Shown here piece by piece: positions 35,280 to 47,401 of a stretch of 64,000 bases of DNA. Position 1 is the first letter of the stretch; each line of letters opens with the position of its first letter. Under the pieces are notes generated by a model that was not told the DNA's origin, did no database searches, and saw only the letters and a list, made by a program, of their open reading frames with translations. The translations under genes were made by a program, and so were the position numbers. Source of the stretch: Escherichia coli (lineage in GTDB: Bacteria > Pseudomonadota > Gammaproteobacteria > Enterobacterales > Enterobacteriaceae); the NCBI RefSeq assembly GCF_030384885.1, contig NZ_CP128613.1; one strand, given 5' to 3'.

Positions 35280-36236
35280 ATGCGACAAAATTGCGCACAA
35301 TCAAATTGCCGCATTATTCCTAAGAAATTACGCGATATGAAACGTGAAGAGATTTGCCGCTTGCTGGCGGGTAAAGTTAATAAACTGAAAAATAAAGAAA
35401 ATAGTTTATCAGAGCTATTGCCCGATGTGCGTTTGTTGTATGGCGAGACGCCTTTCGCACGTACGCCGGTGATGTACGAGCCTGGCATCATAATTCTCTT
35501 TTCTGGGCATAAAATCGGTTATATCAATGAACGCGTGTTTCGTTATGATGCAAATGAATATCTGCTGCTGACGGTGCCGTTGCCGTTTGAGTGCGAAACT
35601 TATGCCACGTCAGAGGTACCGCTGGCAGGGTTGCGTCTCAATGTCGATGTTTTGCAGTTACAAGAGCTGTTGATGGACATTGGCGAAGATGAGCATTTTC
35701 GGCCGTCGATGGCAGCCAGCGGGATTAACTCTGCCACGTTATCAGAAGAGATTTTATGTGCGGCGGAGCGGTTACTCGATGTGATGGAGCGACCGCTGGA
35801 TGCGCGTATTCTCGGCAAACAGATCATCCGCGAAATTCTGTACTACGTGCTGACCGGACCTTGCGGTGGCGCGTTACTGGCGCTGGTCAGCCGTCAGACT
35901 CACTTCAGCCTGATTAGTCGTGTGCTGAAACGAATTGAGAATAAATACACCGAAAACCTGAGCGTCGAGCAACTGGCGGCAGAAGCCAACATGAGCGTAT
36001 CGGCGTTCCACCATAATTTTAAGTCTGTCACTAGCACCTCGCCGTTGCAGTATTTGAAGAATTACCGTCTGCATAAGGCGCGGATGATGATTATCCACGA
36101 CGGCATGAAGGCCAGTGCAGCAGCGATGCGCGTCGGCTACGAAAGCGCGTCGCAATTTAGCCGTGAGTTTAAACGTTACTTTGGTGTGACACCGGGGGAG
36201 GATGCGGCAAGAATGCGGGCGATGCAGGGGAGTTAA
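35280..36236 (+). CDS. yqhC: AraC-family transcriptional activator YqhC
   Basis: 318 aa from the internal Met; C-terminal AraC helix-turn-helix; divergent from yqhD. Confidence 0.9.
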   Translation: MRQNCAQSNCRIIPKKLRDMKREEICRLLAGKVNKLKNKENSLSELLPDVRLLYGETPFARTPVMYEPGIIILFSGHKIGYINERVFRYDANEYLLLTVPLPFECETYATSEVPLAGLRLNVDVLQLQELLMDIGEDEHFRPSMAASGINSATLSEEILCAAERLLDVMERPLDARILGKQIIREILYYVLTGPCGGALLALVSRQTHFSLISRVLKRIENKYTENLSVEQLAAEANMSVSAFHHNFKSVTSTSPLQYLKNYRLHKARMMIIHDGMKASAAAMRVGYESASQFSREFKRYFGVTPGEDAARMRAMQGS

Positions 36237-36275
36237 ATGCGTTCCCGGTACCGCAACCGGGAACGGGGGAAATTG

Positions 36276-36935
36276 TCAGGCGTTACAGTATTTCTTTTTA
36301 ATCACCACAAACAGCGTGCCTAACAAGCCTGCAGTTAACAAGGCAATCGGCAGGATCATCAGGAATGTCATTACCTGATCTTCATGCCGTTTAACGAACG
36401 GAATCATGCTTAAGGCATAGCCGAAACTGGTTACTACGCTGACCCACAGCAATCCGCTTAGCCAGTTGAAAAACTGGAAGCGGCGGTTTGGCAGACCGGA
36501 AATACCCGCCATGGTTGGCAACAGCGTACGGACAAATGCGAGAAAACGTCCAGCCAGCAGCGCCAGCAGACCGTGACGGTCAAACATACAGGTAGCACGC
36601 TGGTGATATTTGGCAGGAAGCTGTGCCAGCCAGCCTTTCACCGTTTTAGTATTCCCTAACCAGCGCCCCTGAATATAACTTAACCAGCAGCCCAAACTTG
36701 CTGCGGCGGTCAGGATCGCAATCGTTGGCAGAAAATCCATAACCCCCTGGGCAATCAATGCGCCTGCCAGTATCAACAAGCTGTCGCCTGGCAAAAATGA
36801 GGCGGGCAGCAGGCCGTTTTCTAAAAACAGCGTGGCAAACATGACAAAGTAAACAACGCTAACAATATGAGGATCCGCCAGCGCGGCAAAGTCGTGTTGC
36901 CAGAGCGCAGCGATGATATCTTGAATAACAGCCAT
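36276..36935 (-). CDS. yghB: DedA-family inner membrane protein YghB
   Basis: 219 aa, multi-TM; synteny. Confidence 0.9.
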
Positions 36936-37073
36936 GGACTTTCCTGTGGAACAGCGTTTAAGCCTTTATCTGCCTATTGTACTCCTGAATCACCCGGGAC
37001 GCCTTGATCCCGGACGCAACAATTTAAGACTTTTCACAATTAAATGTCTGCAAATTTGTCCAAACTGGCAACA

Positions 37074-38261
37074 TTACACAATTCGCGCAAAACCGGCGTC
37101 CAGATCGGCAATCAAATCATCGACATCTTCCAGACCAATATGCAGGCGAATCAAGGTCCCGCTAAAATCGATCTCGCCTTGCGGGCGAATGGCGGCGATA
37201 TGTTCTGGTTGATTTGCCAGGATCAACGATTCATACCCGCCCCACGAGTAGGCCATGCTGAATAAACTGTAGTTATCCAGATAGTTCGCCAGCTCTTCAT
37301 CATTGAGTTTTTTCTTAAGCACAAAGGAAAATAGCCCGCTGCTACCTGTAAAGTCTCGTTGCCAGAATTCGTGACCTTTACTGCCAGGCAGAGCAGGGTG
37401 GTTAACTCGCGCTACTTGCGGATGTTCCGCCAGCCATTCAGCTACTTTCAGGCTACTTTCGTGATGTTGACGCAGGCGAACACCCAAAGTGCGCAGGCCA
37501 CGACTGGTTATATAGGCGGTATCGGCATCGACCATCTGCCCCATCAGATAGGCATTCTCCCGTAGCTGCTCCCAGCAACGGGCATTGCATACGGCAGTAC
37601 CAATCATCGCATCTGAATGCCCAACCAGATATTTAGTAGCGGCCTGAATGGAAACATCAATGCCAAAATCCAGCGCCTTAAACAGCACGCCGGCCGCCCA
37701 GGTGTTATCGATCATAATGATGGCATCTGGCACTACACTGCGCACGGCGGCAACAATCGCCGGAACGTCGTGGACTTCCATGGTGATGGAGCCCGGCGAT
37801 TCCAGAAATACAATTTTAGTGTTTGGCTGTAGATGTTTAACAATATTCGCGCCAATCAGCGGATCAAACCACGATGTCGTTACGCCCAGTTTGCTGAGGA
37901 TTTTGCTACAGAAATCCTGACTCGGTTCATAGGCGGTGTTGGTCATCAACACATGATCGCCCTGTTTGACAAAAGCAAGAATGGAATTAGCAACCGCTGC
38001 TGCTCCGCAGGGGAACAGCACGCAGCCTGCGCCACCTTCCAGTTCGCACATCGCTTCTTGTAAGGAGAAATGGGTTAACGTTCCACGCCGTCCATAAAAC
38101 AACTCGCCATTGGCGCGATTGCGTGTCGCGTGTTTTTTGGCTTCCACACTGTCAAAGACCAGCGAAGACGCGCGCTGAATCACGCTATTTACCGCGCCGA
38201 GAGTGTATTTTTTGCTGCGTCCTGCGTTGACCAGTTGAGTATCAAGCTTGTTTTCCGCCAT
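37074..38261 (-). CDS. metC: Cystathionine beta-lyase MetC
   Basis: 395 aa from the internal Met ([15 protein letters not shown]...); PLP-dependent Cys/Met metabolism family. Confidence 0.94.
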   Translation of the reverse strand: MAENKLDTQLVNAGRSKKYTLGAVNSVIQRASSLVFDSVEAKKHATRNRANGELFYGRRGTLTHFSLQEAMCELEGGAGCVLFPCGAAAVANSILAFVKQGDHVLMTNTAYEPSQDFCSKILSKLGVTTSWFDPLIGANIVKHLQPNTKIVFLESPGSITMEVHDVPAIVAAVRSVVPDAIIMIDNTWAAGVLFKALDFGIDVSIQAATKYLVGHSDAMIGTAVCNARCWEQLRENAYLMGQMVDADTAYITSRGLRTLGVRLRQHHESSLKVAEWLAEHPQVARVNHPALPGSKGHEFWQRDFTGSSGLFSFVLKKKLNDEELANYLDNYSLFSMAYSWGGYESLILANQPEHIAAIRPQGEIDFSGTLIRLHIGLEDVDDLIADLDAGFARIV

Positions 38262-38419
38262 GTCCGGATTCCTGTTTTTATACGTCTGGATGTCTAAACT
38301 AGCATGAATATTCGCGGGCGCATCCTGAAGAATTGGCATAAAGCAGAAAATTTTTGCAAATGGCGTGCTGGTGACTTTTTTACTGCGTAAACGCAAGGAA
38401 AAGAAAGCAAAGGTACGGC

Positions 38420-38455
38420 AGTATGCAAATAGTAATGAGAACGACTATCAATTCG
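38420..38455 (+). promoter_or_regulatory. Possible Fur box in the exbB promoter region
   Basis: gcaaatagtaatgagaacgactatc resembles the GATAATGATAATCATTATC consensus. exbBD is Fur-regulated in E. coli (established knowledge). Coordinates by eye. Confidence 0.3.
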
Positions 38456-38512
38456 ACGTCGTTTTGATATTATTATGCGCAGATTTTGTGACTTGCGTCC
38501 TGGAGATACACA

Positions 38513-39247
38513 GTGGGTAATAATTTAATGCAGACGGACCTTTCCGTCTGGGGTATGTATCAGCACGCCGATATTGTCGTTAAGTGCGTGATGATTGGGC
38601 TTATTTTGGCCTCCGTAGTCACTTGGGCAATCTTCTTCAGTAAGAGCGTTGAGTTCTTCAATCAGAAGCGTCGTCTTAAGCGCGAGCAGCAACTGCTGGC
38701 TGAAGCGCGTTCCTTAAACCAGGCCAACGATATCGCTGCTGATTTTGGTAGCAAAAGCTTGAGCCTGCATTTGCTCAATGAAGCGCAGAATGAGCTGGAA
38801 CTGTCAGAAGGCAGCGACGATAACGAAGGTATTAAAGAACGTACCAGCTTCCGTCTGGAGCGTCGGGTCGCCGCCGTGGGGCGTCAAATGGGCCGCGGTA
38901 ACGGCTACCTTGCAACCATCGGCGCGATTTCGCCGTTTGTGGGCCTCTTTGGTACGGTCTGGGGCATCATGAACAGCTTTATCGGTATTGCGCAAACGCA
39001 GACCACTAATCTGGCTGTCGTTGCGCCGGGTATCGCAGAAGCTCTGTTAGCAACGGCAATCGGCCTCGTGGCAGCGATTCCTGCGGTCGTTATCTATAAC
39101 GTATTTGCACGCCAGATTGGCGGCTTTAAAGCGATGCTGGGTGATGTCGCAGCGCAGGTATTATTGCTGCAAAGTCGTGACCTGGATCTGGAAGCCAGCG
39201 CCGCTGCGCATCCGGTTCGTGTCGCCCAAAAATTACGCGCAGGATAA
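38513..39247 (+). CDS. exbB: TonB-system proton channel ExbB
   Basis: 244 aa, MGNNLMQTDLSVWGMYQHADIVVK...; MotA/TolQ/ExbB family. Confidence 0.95.
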   Translation: MGNNLMQTDLSVWGMYQHADIVVKCVMIGLILASVVTWAIFFSKSVEFFNQKRRLKREQQLLAEARSLNQANDIAADFGSKSLSLHLLNEAQNELELSEGSDDNEGIKERTSFRLERRVAAVGRQMGRGNGYLATIGAISPFVGLFGTVWGIMNSFIGIAQTQTTNLAVVAPGIAEALLATAIGLVAAIPAVVIYNVFARQIGGFKAMLGDVAAQVLLLQSRDLDLEASAAAHPVRVAQKLRAG

Positions 39248-39253
39248 TGTTCG

Positions 39254-39679
39254 ATGGCAATGCATCTTAACGAAAACCTCGACGATAACGGCGAAATGCA
39301 TGATATCAACGTGACGCCATTTATCGACGTGATGTTGGTTCTGCTGATTATCTTTATGGTGGCAGCGCCGTTAGCGACGGTAGATGTGAAGGTGAACTTG
39401 CCTGCTTCTACCAGCACGCCGCAGCCTCGTCCGGAAAAACCGGTTTATCTGTCGGTGAAGGCGGACAACTCGATGTTTATCGGTAACGATCCGGTCACCG
39501 ATGAAACAATGGTTACAGCGCTGAATGCGTTAACCGAAGGTAAGAAAGATACCACTATCTTCTTCCGTGCGGATAAAACTGTCGATTACGAGACGTTGAT
39601 GAAGGTAATGGATACGCTGCATCAGGCGGGTTATCTAAAGATAGGTCTGGTTGGCGAAGAAACTGCCAAAGCGAAGTAA
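39254..39679 (+). CDS. exbD: TonB-system protein ExbD
   Basis: 141 aa; ExbD/TolR family. Confidence 0.95.
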   Translation: MAMHLNENLDDNGEMHDINVTPFIDVMLVLLIIFMVAAPLATVDVKVNLPASTSTPQPRPEKPVYLSVKADNSMFIGNDPVTDETMVTALNALTEGKKDTTIFFRADKTVDYETLMKVMDTLHQAGYLKIGLVGEETAKAK

Positions 39680-39684
39680 AGACA

Positions 39685-39795
39685 ATTGCCTGATGCGCTA
39701 CGCTTATCAGGCCTACAAAATCTATCGCAACATATTGAATTTGCATGACATGTAGGCCGGATAAGGCGTTTAGACCGCATCCGGCAAGAGTTAAA
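39685..39795. repeat. REP/BIME-type palindromic repeats downstream of exbD
   Basis: gcctgatgcgctacgcttatcaggcctac and gtaggccggataaggcgtttagaccgcatccggca, both classic REP sequences. Confidence 0.7.
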
Positions 39796-39799
39796 TGCA

Positions 39800-39836
39800 T
39801 AATGATGCCCGGTTGCTTTTCGCAACCGGGCATTTT
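39800..39836 (+). terminator. Rho-independent terminator (cccggttgc ttttc gcaaccggg followed by a T run)
   Basis: GC-rich hairpin followed by ttttttt. Confidence 0.6.
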
Positions 39837-39837
39837 T

Positions 39838-40722
39838 TTAGCCTAAATGTTCGCCGCCGCACACGCCGTGTACTTCTGCGGTGACATAGCTCGACTCCTG
39901 ACTTGCCAGATAAACATACACTGGGGCCAGCTCCGCCGGTTGTCCTGCACGTTTCATTGGTGTTTGCTGACCAAACTGCGGGATCTTATCCTGCGTCTGT
40001 CCACCGGAAATTTGCAGTGCCGTCCAGATCGGGCCTGGTGCAACAATATTCACCCGAATACCTTTCTCCGCGACCTGCTTCGCCAGGCCACGGCTGTAGT
40101 TCAGAATCGCCGCCTTCGTAGCCGCATAGTCCAGCAAATGTGGGCTTGGCTGGTACGCCTGGATTGACGAAGTGGTGATGATACTGGCACCTTTCGGTAG
40201 CAGGGGGATCGCTTCCTGGGTTAGCCAGAACAGTGCGAAAACGTTAATGGCAAACGTCTTTTGAAACTGTTCGCTGGCGAGGTCTGCAATATCAGGAATG
40301 GCAACCTGTTTCCCGGCGACCAGCGCCATAATATCCAGCCCGCCTAGCGCCTTATGCGCTTCGTGAACCAGCGAACGGGCGAATTTCTCATCGCTTAAAT
40401 CGCCAGGCAGCAGGACGGCTTTGCGTCCGCATTCTTCAATGATCTTTTTCACATCCTGAGCGTCTTCTTCTTCCACAGGAAGATAACTGATCGCCACGTC
40501 AGCGCCTTCACGCGCGTAAGCAATGGCGGCAGCGCGACCGATTCCGGAATCGCCCCCTGTCACCAGTGCTTTACGATCTTTCAGGCGACCGCTACCAACA
40601 TAGGTTTTCTCGCCGCAATCCGGCACCGGTGTCATTTTCGCCTGGATGCCTGGCGTCGGTTGTTTCTGTTTGGGATATTCACCAGTGTAATACTGCGTGG
40701 TCGGGTCTTTTAAATGAGACAT
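39838..40722 (-). CDS. yghA: Short-chain dehydrogenase/reductase YghA
   Basis: 294 aa; SDR glycine motif TGGDSGIG. Confidence 0.92.
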   Translation of the reverse strand: MSHLKDPTTQYYTGEYPKQKQPTPGIQAKMTPVPDCGEKTYVGSGRLKDRKALVTGGDSGIGRAAAIAYAREGADVAISYLPVEEEDAQDVKKIIEECGRKAVLLPGDLSDEKFARSLVHEAHKALGGLDIMALVAGKQVAIPDIADLASEQFQKTFAINVFALFWLTQEAIPLLPKGASIITTSSIQAYQPSPHLLDYAATKAAILNYSRGLAKQVAEKGIRVNIVAPGPIWTALQISGGQTQDKIPQFGQQTPMKRAGQPAELAPVYVYLASQESSYVTAEVHGVCGGEHLG

Positions 40723-40843
40723 TGTTTTTCTCCCTTCAGGTTCAACGTCCTTTAAGGGTAGACGCTCTCGATGCGTTGATAAGGGAACCAGGAAGATCCC
40801 TAAACCTCGGATTTATGCGATAAAGGTTTAACGGATATGTTGA

Positions 40844-41407
<564 letters not shown>

Positions 41408-41446
41408 TCTGATTCGGGCGCGGTTCTCGCGCCCGTTATTAACAGG

Positions 41447-42487
41447 TCATTTATCGGAAGACGCCTGCCACAGATTCAGCTCGCCATCGGCGATATGCTG
41501 ATCAATCTGCGCCAGCTCCTCGGTGCTAAATGTCAGATTATTCAGCGCCTGCACGTTCTCCTCAAGTTGCTCCGCGCGGCTGGCACCAATCAATACCGAC
41601 GTCACTCGCTCATCTTTCAGCAACCAGCTTAACGCCATTTGTGCCATTGATTGTCCACGCTGCTGTGCCATTTCATTCAATAACCGCAGGCTGTTGAGGT
41701 TGGCTTCGGTGAGCATTTTCGGCGTCAGGCCACGAACTTTATTCCCTTCACGATGCATCCGTGAATCTTGCGGAATACCGTTGAGATATTTTCCGGTCAG
41801 CAATCCCTGAGCCAGAGGAGTAAAGGCAATGCAGCCCACGCCGTTATGTTGCAGGGTATCCAGCAGGCCGCTTTTATCCACCCAGCGGTTCAGTAAATTG
41901 TATGAAGGTTGATGAATTAACAGCGGAATTTTCCATTCGTGCAGCAACTCGACCATTTTTTGCGTCCGCTCTGGCGAGTAAGAGGAGATCCCGACATAAA
42001 GCGCCTTACCGCTTTGTACCGCATGAGCCAGCGCAGAGGCGGTTTCTTCCATCGGCGTATTTTCATCGACGCGATGAGAGTAAAAGATATCGACATACTC
42101 CAGCCCCATACGCTTCAGGCTTTGGTCGAGGCTGGCGAGCATGTATTTACGTGAGCCGCCAGAGCCGTACGGGCCGGGCCACATATCGTAGCCAGCTTTG
42201 GTAGAGATAATCAGTTCATCGCGATAAGCGGCAAAATCCTCCCGCAGCAGGCGACCAAAGTTCTCTTCTGCGCTTCCTGGAGGCGGCCCGTAATTGTTGG
42301 CTAAATCAAAGTGCGTAATGCCCAAATCAAACGCTTTGCGCAGGATCGCACGCTGTGATTCCAGTGCGTTAACGTGACCGAAATTGTGCCATAAACCGAG
42401 CGATAACGCGGGCAGGCGTAAACCGCTTTTTCCGCAATAGCGGTATTGCATCTGCCCGTAACGTTCGGGATTCGCTAACCAGACCAT
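41447..42487 (-). CDS. yghZ: Aldo-keto reductase YghZ (L-glyceraldehyde 3-phosphate reductase)
   Basis: 346 aa from the internal Met MVWLANPERYGQMQYRYCGKSGLRLPALSLGLW. Confidence 0.92.
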   Translation of the reverse strand: MVWLANPERYGQMQYRYCGKSGLRLPALSLGLWHNFGHVNALESQRAILRKAFDLGITHFDLANNYGPPPGSAEENFGRLLREDFAAYRDELIISTKAGYDMWPGPYGSGGSRKYMLASLDQSLKRMGLEYVDIFYSHRVDENTPMEETASALAHAVQSGKALYVGISSYSPERTQKMVELLHEWKIPLLIHQPSYNLLNRWVDKSGLLDTLQHNGVGCIAFTPLAQGLLTGKYLNGIPQDSRMHREGNKVRGLTPKMLTEANLNSLRLLNEMAQQRGQSMAQMALSWLLKDERVTSVLIGASRAEQLEENVQALNNLTFSTEELAQIDQHIADGELNLWQASSDK

Positions 42488-42640
42488 GACCTCTCCTTTC
42501 CACCATTCAATTTCGAAACAATGTTTCCAGTTTAGCGATTTACCAGGGGGGATCCCGTAGCATCGCTCACAGTGTGACGAAAAACTGGGCAAAAACACGT
42601 GCTTATGCTTTGCTTAAAAAAACACCAATTGAGGAGTACA

Positions 42641-43531
42641 ATGATGCCGCGTCTGACCGCTAAAGATTTCCCACAAGAGTTGCTGGATTACTACGACTAT
42701 TACGCTCACGGGAAAATTTCGAAACGTGAGTTCCTCAACCTTGCGGCGAAGTATGCGGTGGGCGGGATGACGGCATTAGCGTTGTTTGATTTGCTCAAGC
42801 CAAATTATGCGCTGGCGACTCAGGTAGAGTTTACCGACCCGGAAATTGTTGCTGAGTACATCACGTATTCTTCGCCAAATGGTCACGGCGAGGTACGGGG
42901 TTATCTGGTGAAGCCCGCAAAGATGAGCGGCAAAACGCCAGCTGTGGTGGTGGTGCATGAGAATCGTGGACTGAATCCGTATATCGAAGATGTGGCACGG
43001 CGAGTAGCGAAGGCGGGGTATATCGCCCTGGCACCTGACGGCTTAAGTTCCGTTGGAGGTTATCCGGGTAATGATGATAAAGGTCGTGAGCTGCAACAGC
43101 AGGTTGATCCAACCAAACTGATGAATGATTTCTTTGCCGCAATTGAGTTTATGCAACGCTATCCGCAAGCGACAGGCAAAGTGGGTATTACCGGATTTTG
43201 CTATGGCGGTGGTGTATCGAACGCGGCGGCTGTCGCGTATCCGGAACTGGCCTGCGCGGTGCCGTTTTATGGTCGTCAGGCACCCACTGCCGATGTGGCG
43301 AAGATTGAAGCGCCTTTACTGCTCCACTACGCGGAACTGGATACCCGAATCAACGAGGGCTGGCCCGCTTACGAGGCGGCGTTGAAAGCCAATAATAAGG
43401 TCTATGAGGCGTATATCTATCCGGGGGTTAATCACGGATTCCATAATGATTCCACGCCCCGTTATGACAAATCTGCCGCCGATCTTGCCTGGCAAAGGAC
43501 GCTGAAATGGTTCGATAAATATCTCTCCTGA
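42641..43531 (+). CDS. yghX: Dienelactone hydrolase family protein (YghX), apparently intact
   Basis: About 296 aa from MMPRLTAKDF...; uninterrupted alpha/beta hydrolase ORF. Start is uncertain; the ORF-track start is 42599. Confidence 0.7.
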   Translation: MMPRLTAKDFPQELLDYYDYYAHGKISKREFLNLAAKYAVGGMTALALFDLLKPNYALATQVEFTDPEIVAEYITYSSPNGHGEVRGYLVKPAKMSGKTPAVVVVHENRGLNPYIEDVARRVAKAGYIALAPDGLSSVGGYPGNDDKGRELQQQVDPTKLMNDFFAAIEFMQRYPQATGKVGITGFCYGGGVSNAAAVAYPELACAVPFYGRQAPTADVAKIEAPLLLHYAELDTRINEGWPAYEAALKANNKVYEAYIYPGVNHGFHNDSTPRYDKSAADLAWQRTLKWFDKYLS

Positions 43532-43649
43532 TAGGTTTATCTCTTACGGGATTACGTCTTAAACAAGCATGAAAAAATAGCGTGCGCAAAAGTCGTTCTT
43601 TGCCTAAAATATCGCTATATATGACAATATATAGCGAATGAGGTGAACG

Positions 43650-43937
43650 ATGAATAACCATTTTGGTAAAGGCTTAATGGCGGGATTAAAAGCAACGCAT
43701 GCCGACAGTGCGGTTAATGTGACAAAATACTGTGCCGATTATAAACGCGGTTTTGTATTAGGCTACTCACACCGGATGTACGAAAAGACCGGAGATCGCC
43801 AGCTTAGCGCCTGGGAAGCGGGGATTCTGACGCGCCGCTATGGACTGGATAAAGAGATGGTAATGGATTTCTTTCGTGAGAATAATTCCTGTTCTACGTT
43901 GCGCTTTTTTATGGCCGGTTATCGCCTCGAAAATTGA
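43650..43937 (+). CDS. yghW: DUF2623 protein YghW
   Basis: 95 aa; directly upstream of the hyb operon. Confidence 0.85.
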   Translation: MNNHFGKGLMAGLKATHADSAVNVTKYCADYKRGFVLGYSHRMYEKTGDRQLSAWEAGILTRRYGLDKEMVMDFFRENNSCSTLRFFMAGYRLEN

Positions 43938-44125
43938 TCAAACATACGTATTATCTTGCTTTAATTAATTACACTAATGCTTATTCCCTTCGTTTTAGTG
44001 CCCCGCCGCAGTATCATGATATCGATAACCATAATAAATGTGTGGTAAATGGCGCATCGATCGCATTATTGATTTTGCGATTGAGGCAAAATATATGCCA
44101 GGTCTTCGCAACGGAATAACTATAA

Positions 44126-45244
44126 ATGACTGGAGATAACACCCTCATCCATTCTCACGGCATTAACCGTCGTGATTTCATGAAGCTTTGTGCAGCATTA
44201 GCCGCCACCATGGGGTTAAGTAGCAAAGCCGCTGCAGAAATGGCCGAATCGGTTACTAACCCGCAGCGTCCGCCAGTTATCTGGATTGGCGCGCAGGAGT
44301 GCACCGGTTGTACGGAATCTCTGCTTCGTGCAACGCATCCAACGGTAGAAAACCTCGTGCTGGAGACTATCTCTCTCGAGTATCACGAAGTGCTTTCCGC
44401 CGCCTTCGGTCATCAGGTCGAAGAGAACAAACATAACGCTCTCGAGAAGTACAAAGGGCAGTATGTGTTAGTGGTGGATGGTTCCATCCCATTAAAAGAT
44501 AATGGTATTTATTGCATGGTTGCCGGTGAGCCGATTGTGGATCACATCCGCAAAGCGGCGGAAGGCGCAGCAGCCATTATCGCTATCGGTTCCTGCTCTG
44601 CGTGGGGCGGTGTTGCCGCAGCTGGAGTTAACCCAACTGGCGCTGTCAGCCTGCAAGAAGTTCTGCCGGGCAAAACCGTTATCAACATTCCGGGCTGCCC
44701 ACCGAACCCGCACAACTTCCTCGCGACCGTTGCGCACATCATCACTTACGGCAAACCGCCGAAACTGGATGACAAAAACCGTCCGACTTTCGCCTATGGC
44801 CGTCTGATTCACGAACACTGCGAACGCCGCCCGCACTTCGATGCTGGTCGTTTTGCCAAAGAGTTCGGTGATGAAGGCCACCGCGAAGGCTGGTGCCTGT
44901 ACCACCTCGGCTGTAAAGGGCCAGAAACTTACGGCAACTGCTCAACGCTGCAATTCTGCGACGTTGGTGGCGTGTGGCCGGTGGCGATTGGTCACCCGTG
45001 CTATGGCTGTAACGAAGAAGGTATCGGCTTCCATAAAGGCATCCATCAGCTTGCCAACGTCGAAAACCAGACTCCGCGTTCGCAGAAACCGGATGTTAAC
45101 GCTAAAGAGGGCGGCAACGTCTCTGCGGGCGCTATCGGTTTGCTCGGCGGTGTGGTTGGGCTGGTTGCCGGTGTCAGCGTGATGGCGGTGCGTGAACTGG
45201 GTCGTCAGCAAAAGAAAGATAACGCTGACTCACGGGGAGAATAA
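44126..45244 (+). CDS. hybO: Hydrogenase 2 small subunit HybO
   Basis: 372 aa; Tat signal [16 protein letters not shown]; NiFe hydrogenase small-subunit Cys clusters. Confidence 0.95.
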   Translation: MTGDNTLIHSHGINRRDFMKLCAALAATMGLSSKAAAEMAESVTNPQRPPVIWIGAQECTGCTESLLRATHPTVENLVLETISLEYHEVLSAAFGHQVEENKHNALEKYKGQYVLVVDGSIPLKDNGIYCMVAGEPIVDHIRKAAEGAAAIIAIGSCSAWGGVAAAGVNPTGAVSLQEVLPGKTVINIPGCPPNPHNFLATVAHIITYGKPPKLDDKNRPTFAYGRLIHEHCERRPHFDAGRFAKEFGDEGHREGWCLYHLGCKGPETYGNCSTLQFCDVGGVWPVAIGHPCYGCNEEGIGFHKGIHQLANVENQTPRSQKPDVNAKEGGNVSAGAIGLLGGVVGLVAGVSVMAVRELGRQQKKDNADSRGE

Positions 45245-45246
45245 CC

Positions 45247-46233
45247 GTGAACAGACGTAATTTTATTAAAGCAGCCTCCTGCGGGGCATTGCTGACGGGC
45301 GCGTTGCCGTCGGTCAGTCATGCGGCTGCTGAAAACCGCCCGCCAATTCCGGGATCGCTGAGTATGTTGTATGACTCGACGCTGTGCGTAGGCTGCCAGG
45401 CGTGCGTCACTAAGTGTCAGGATATCAACTTCCCTGAACGTAACCCACAAGGGGAACAGACCTGGTCGAACAACGACAAACTGTCGCCGTACACCAATAA
45501 CATCATTCAGGTGTGGACCAGCGGCACGGGAGTCAACAAAGACCAGGAAGAGAACGGCTATGCGTACATTAAGAAACAGTGTATGCACTGCGTCGATCCG
45601 AACTGTGTCTCCGTGTGCCCGGTCTCCGCGCTGAAAAAAGATCCGAAAACCGGCATTGTCCATTACGACAAAGATGTGTGCACCGGCTGCCGTTACTGCA
45701 TGGTCGCCTGCCCATACAACGTGCCGAAGTACGACTACAACAACCCGTTTGGTGCGCTGCATAAGTGCGAGCTGTGCAACCAGAAAGGTGTGGAACGTCT
45801 CGATAAAGGCGGTCTGCCTGGCTGCGTAGAAGTGTGCCCGGCGGGCGCGGTGATTTTTGGTACGCGTGAAGAGCTGATGGCGGAGGCGAAAAAACGTCTG
45901 GCGCTGAAGCCTGGCAGCGAATACCACTATCCACGTCAGACGCTGAAATCTGGCGACACTTACCTGCACACGGTGCCGAAATATTATCCGCATCTGTACG
46001 GCGAGAAAGAGGGCGGCGGTACTCAGGTTCTGGTACTGACGGGTGTGCCTTATGAAAATCTCGACCTGCCGAAACTGGACGATCTTTCTACTGGTGCGCG
46101 TTCCGAACATGTTCAACACACCCTGTATAAAGGCATGATGCTACCACTGGCTGTGCTGGCGGGCTTAACCGTGCTGGTTCGTCGCAACACCAAAAACGAC
46201 CATCACGACGGAGGAGACGATCATGAGTCATGA
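45247..46233 (+). CDS. hybA: Hydrogenase 2 4Fe-4S ferredoxin-type subunit HybA
   Basis: 328 aa; Tat signal; multiple CxxCxxCxxxCP motifs. Confidence 0.95.
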   Translation: MNRRNFIKAASCGALLTGALPSVSHAAAENRPPIPGSLSMLYDSTLCVGCQACVTKCQDINFPERNPQGEQTWSNNDKLSPYTNNIIQVWTSGTGVNKDQEENGYAYIKKQCMHCVDPNCVSVCPVSALKKDPKTGIVHYDKDVCTGCRYCMVACPYNVPKYDYNNPFGALHKCELCNQKGVERLDKGGLPGCVEVCPAGAVIFGTREELMAEAKKRLALKPGSEYHYPRQTLKSGDTYLHTVPKYYPHLYGEKEGGGTQVLVLTGVPYENLDLPKLDDLSTGARSEHVQHTLYKGMMLPLAVLAGLTVLVRRNTKNDHHDGGDDHES

Positions 46234-47401
46234 TCCACAACCGCTGGGCGGCAAAATCATCAGTAAACCGGTCATGATTTTTGGACCGTTAATCGTCATC
46301 TGTATGCTCCTGATTGTGAAGCGTCTGGTGTTCGGTCTGGGCTCTGTCTCTGACCTGAACGGCGGCTTCCCGTGGGGCGTGTGGATCGCGTTTGACCTGT
46401 TGATCGGCACCGGCTTTGCCTGTGGCGGCTGGGCGCTGGCGTGGGCGGTATACGTCTTTAATCGTGGGCAATACCATCCGCTGGTGCGTCCGGCACTGTT
46501 GGCAAGTCTGTTTGGTTACTCACTGGGTGGCTTGTCGATCACTATCGACGTGGGGCGCTACTGGAACCTGCCGTACTTCTACATTCCGGGTCACTTCAAC
46601 GTGAACTCGGTACTGTTCGAGACGGCGGTCTGTATGACTATCTACATCGGCGTGATGGCACTCGAGTTTGCTCCGGCACTGTTTGAACGTCTGGGCTGGA
46701 AAGTATCGCTACAGCGTCTGAACAAGGTGATGTTCTTCATCATCGCGCTCGGCGCGCTGCTGCCAACCATGCACCAGTCTTCAATGGGGTCGCTGATGAT
46801 CTCGGCGGGCTACAAGGTGCATCCGCTGTGGCAAAGCTATGAAATGTTGCCGCTGTTCTCGCTGTTGACGGCGTTCATCATGGGCTTCTCGATTGTCATC
46901 TTTGAAGGTTCGCTGGTGCAGGCGGGTCTGCGTGGCAACGGTCCGGATGAAAAGAGCCTGTTCGTCAAACTGACCAACACCATCAGTGTGTTGCTGGCGA
47001 TTTTCATCGTGTTGCGCTTTGGCGAGCTGATCTATCGCGACAAGCTGTCGTTAGCGTTTGCCGGTGACTTCTACTCCGTGATGTTCTGGATTGAAGTCCT
47101 GCTGATGCTCTTCCCGCTGGTCGTTCTGCGTGTGGCGAAGCTGCGTAATGATTCCCGCATGCTGTTCCTGTCAGCACTGAGCGCACTGTTAGGTTGTGCA
47201 ACCTGGCGTCTGACCTATTCGCTGGTGGCATTCAACCCGGGCGGCGGTTACGCCTACTTCCCGACCTGGGAAGAACTGTTGATTTCTATTGGTTTTGTGG
47301 CTATTGAGATTTGCGCCTACATCGTACTCATTCGTCTACTGCCGATACTTCCTCCTTTAAAACAAAACGATCATAATCGTCATGAGGCGAGCAAAGCATG
47401 A
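46223..47401 (+). CDS. hybB: Hydrogenase 2 membrane subunit HybB
   Basis: 392 aa polytopic membrane protein; overlaps the hybA stop. Confidence 0.94.
   Translation: MSHDPQPLGGKIISKPVMIFGPLIVICMLLIVKRLVFGLGSVSDLNGGFPWGVWIAFDLLIGTGFACGGWALAWAVYVFNRGQYHPLVRPALLASLFGYSLGGLSITIDVGRYWNLPYFYIPGHFNVNSVLFETAVCMTIYIGVMALEFAPALFERLGWKVSLQRLNKVMFFIIALGALLPTMHQSSMGSLMISAGYKVHPLWQSYEMLPLFSLLTAFIMGFSIVIFEGSLVQAGLRGNGPDEKSLFVKLTNTISVLLAIFIVLRFGELIYRDKLSLAFAGDFYSVMFWIEVLLMLFPLVVLRVAKLRNDSRMLFLSALSALLGCATWRLTYSLVAFNPGGGYAYFPTWEELLISIGFVAIEICAYIVLIRLLPILPPLKQNDHNRHEASKA

Noticed and set aside
39685-39795. Palindromic repeat clusters (also 50685-50790) as possible novel repeat elements
   Set aside because: They match the ordinary REP/BIME extragenic palindromes of enterobacterial genomes.
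45205-46119. 304-aa ORF antisense to hybA, plus similar long antisense ORFs in hybC (47446..48396), ygiQ (29468..30301), gss (52708..53274), yghQ (58211..58858), plsC (24696..25175) and parE (14326..14802)
   Set aside because: All are embedded within well-supported genes on the other strand and have compositionally odd translations; treated as ORF-finder artefacts.
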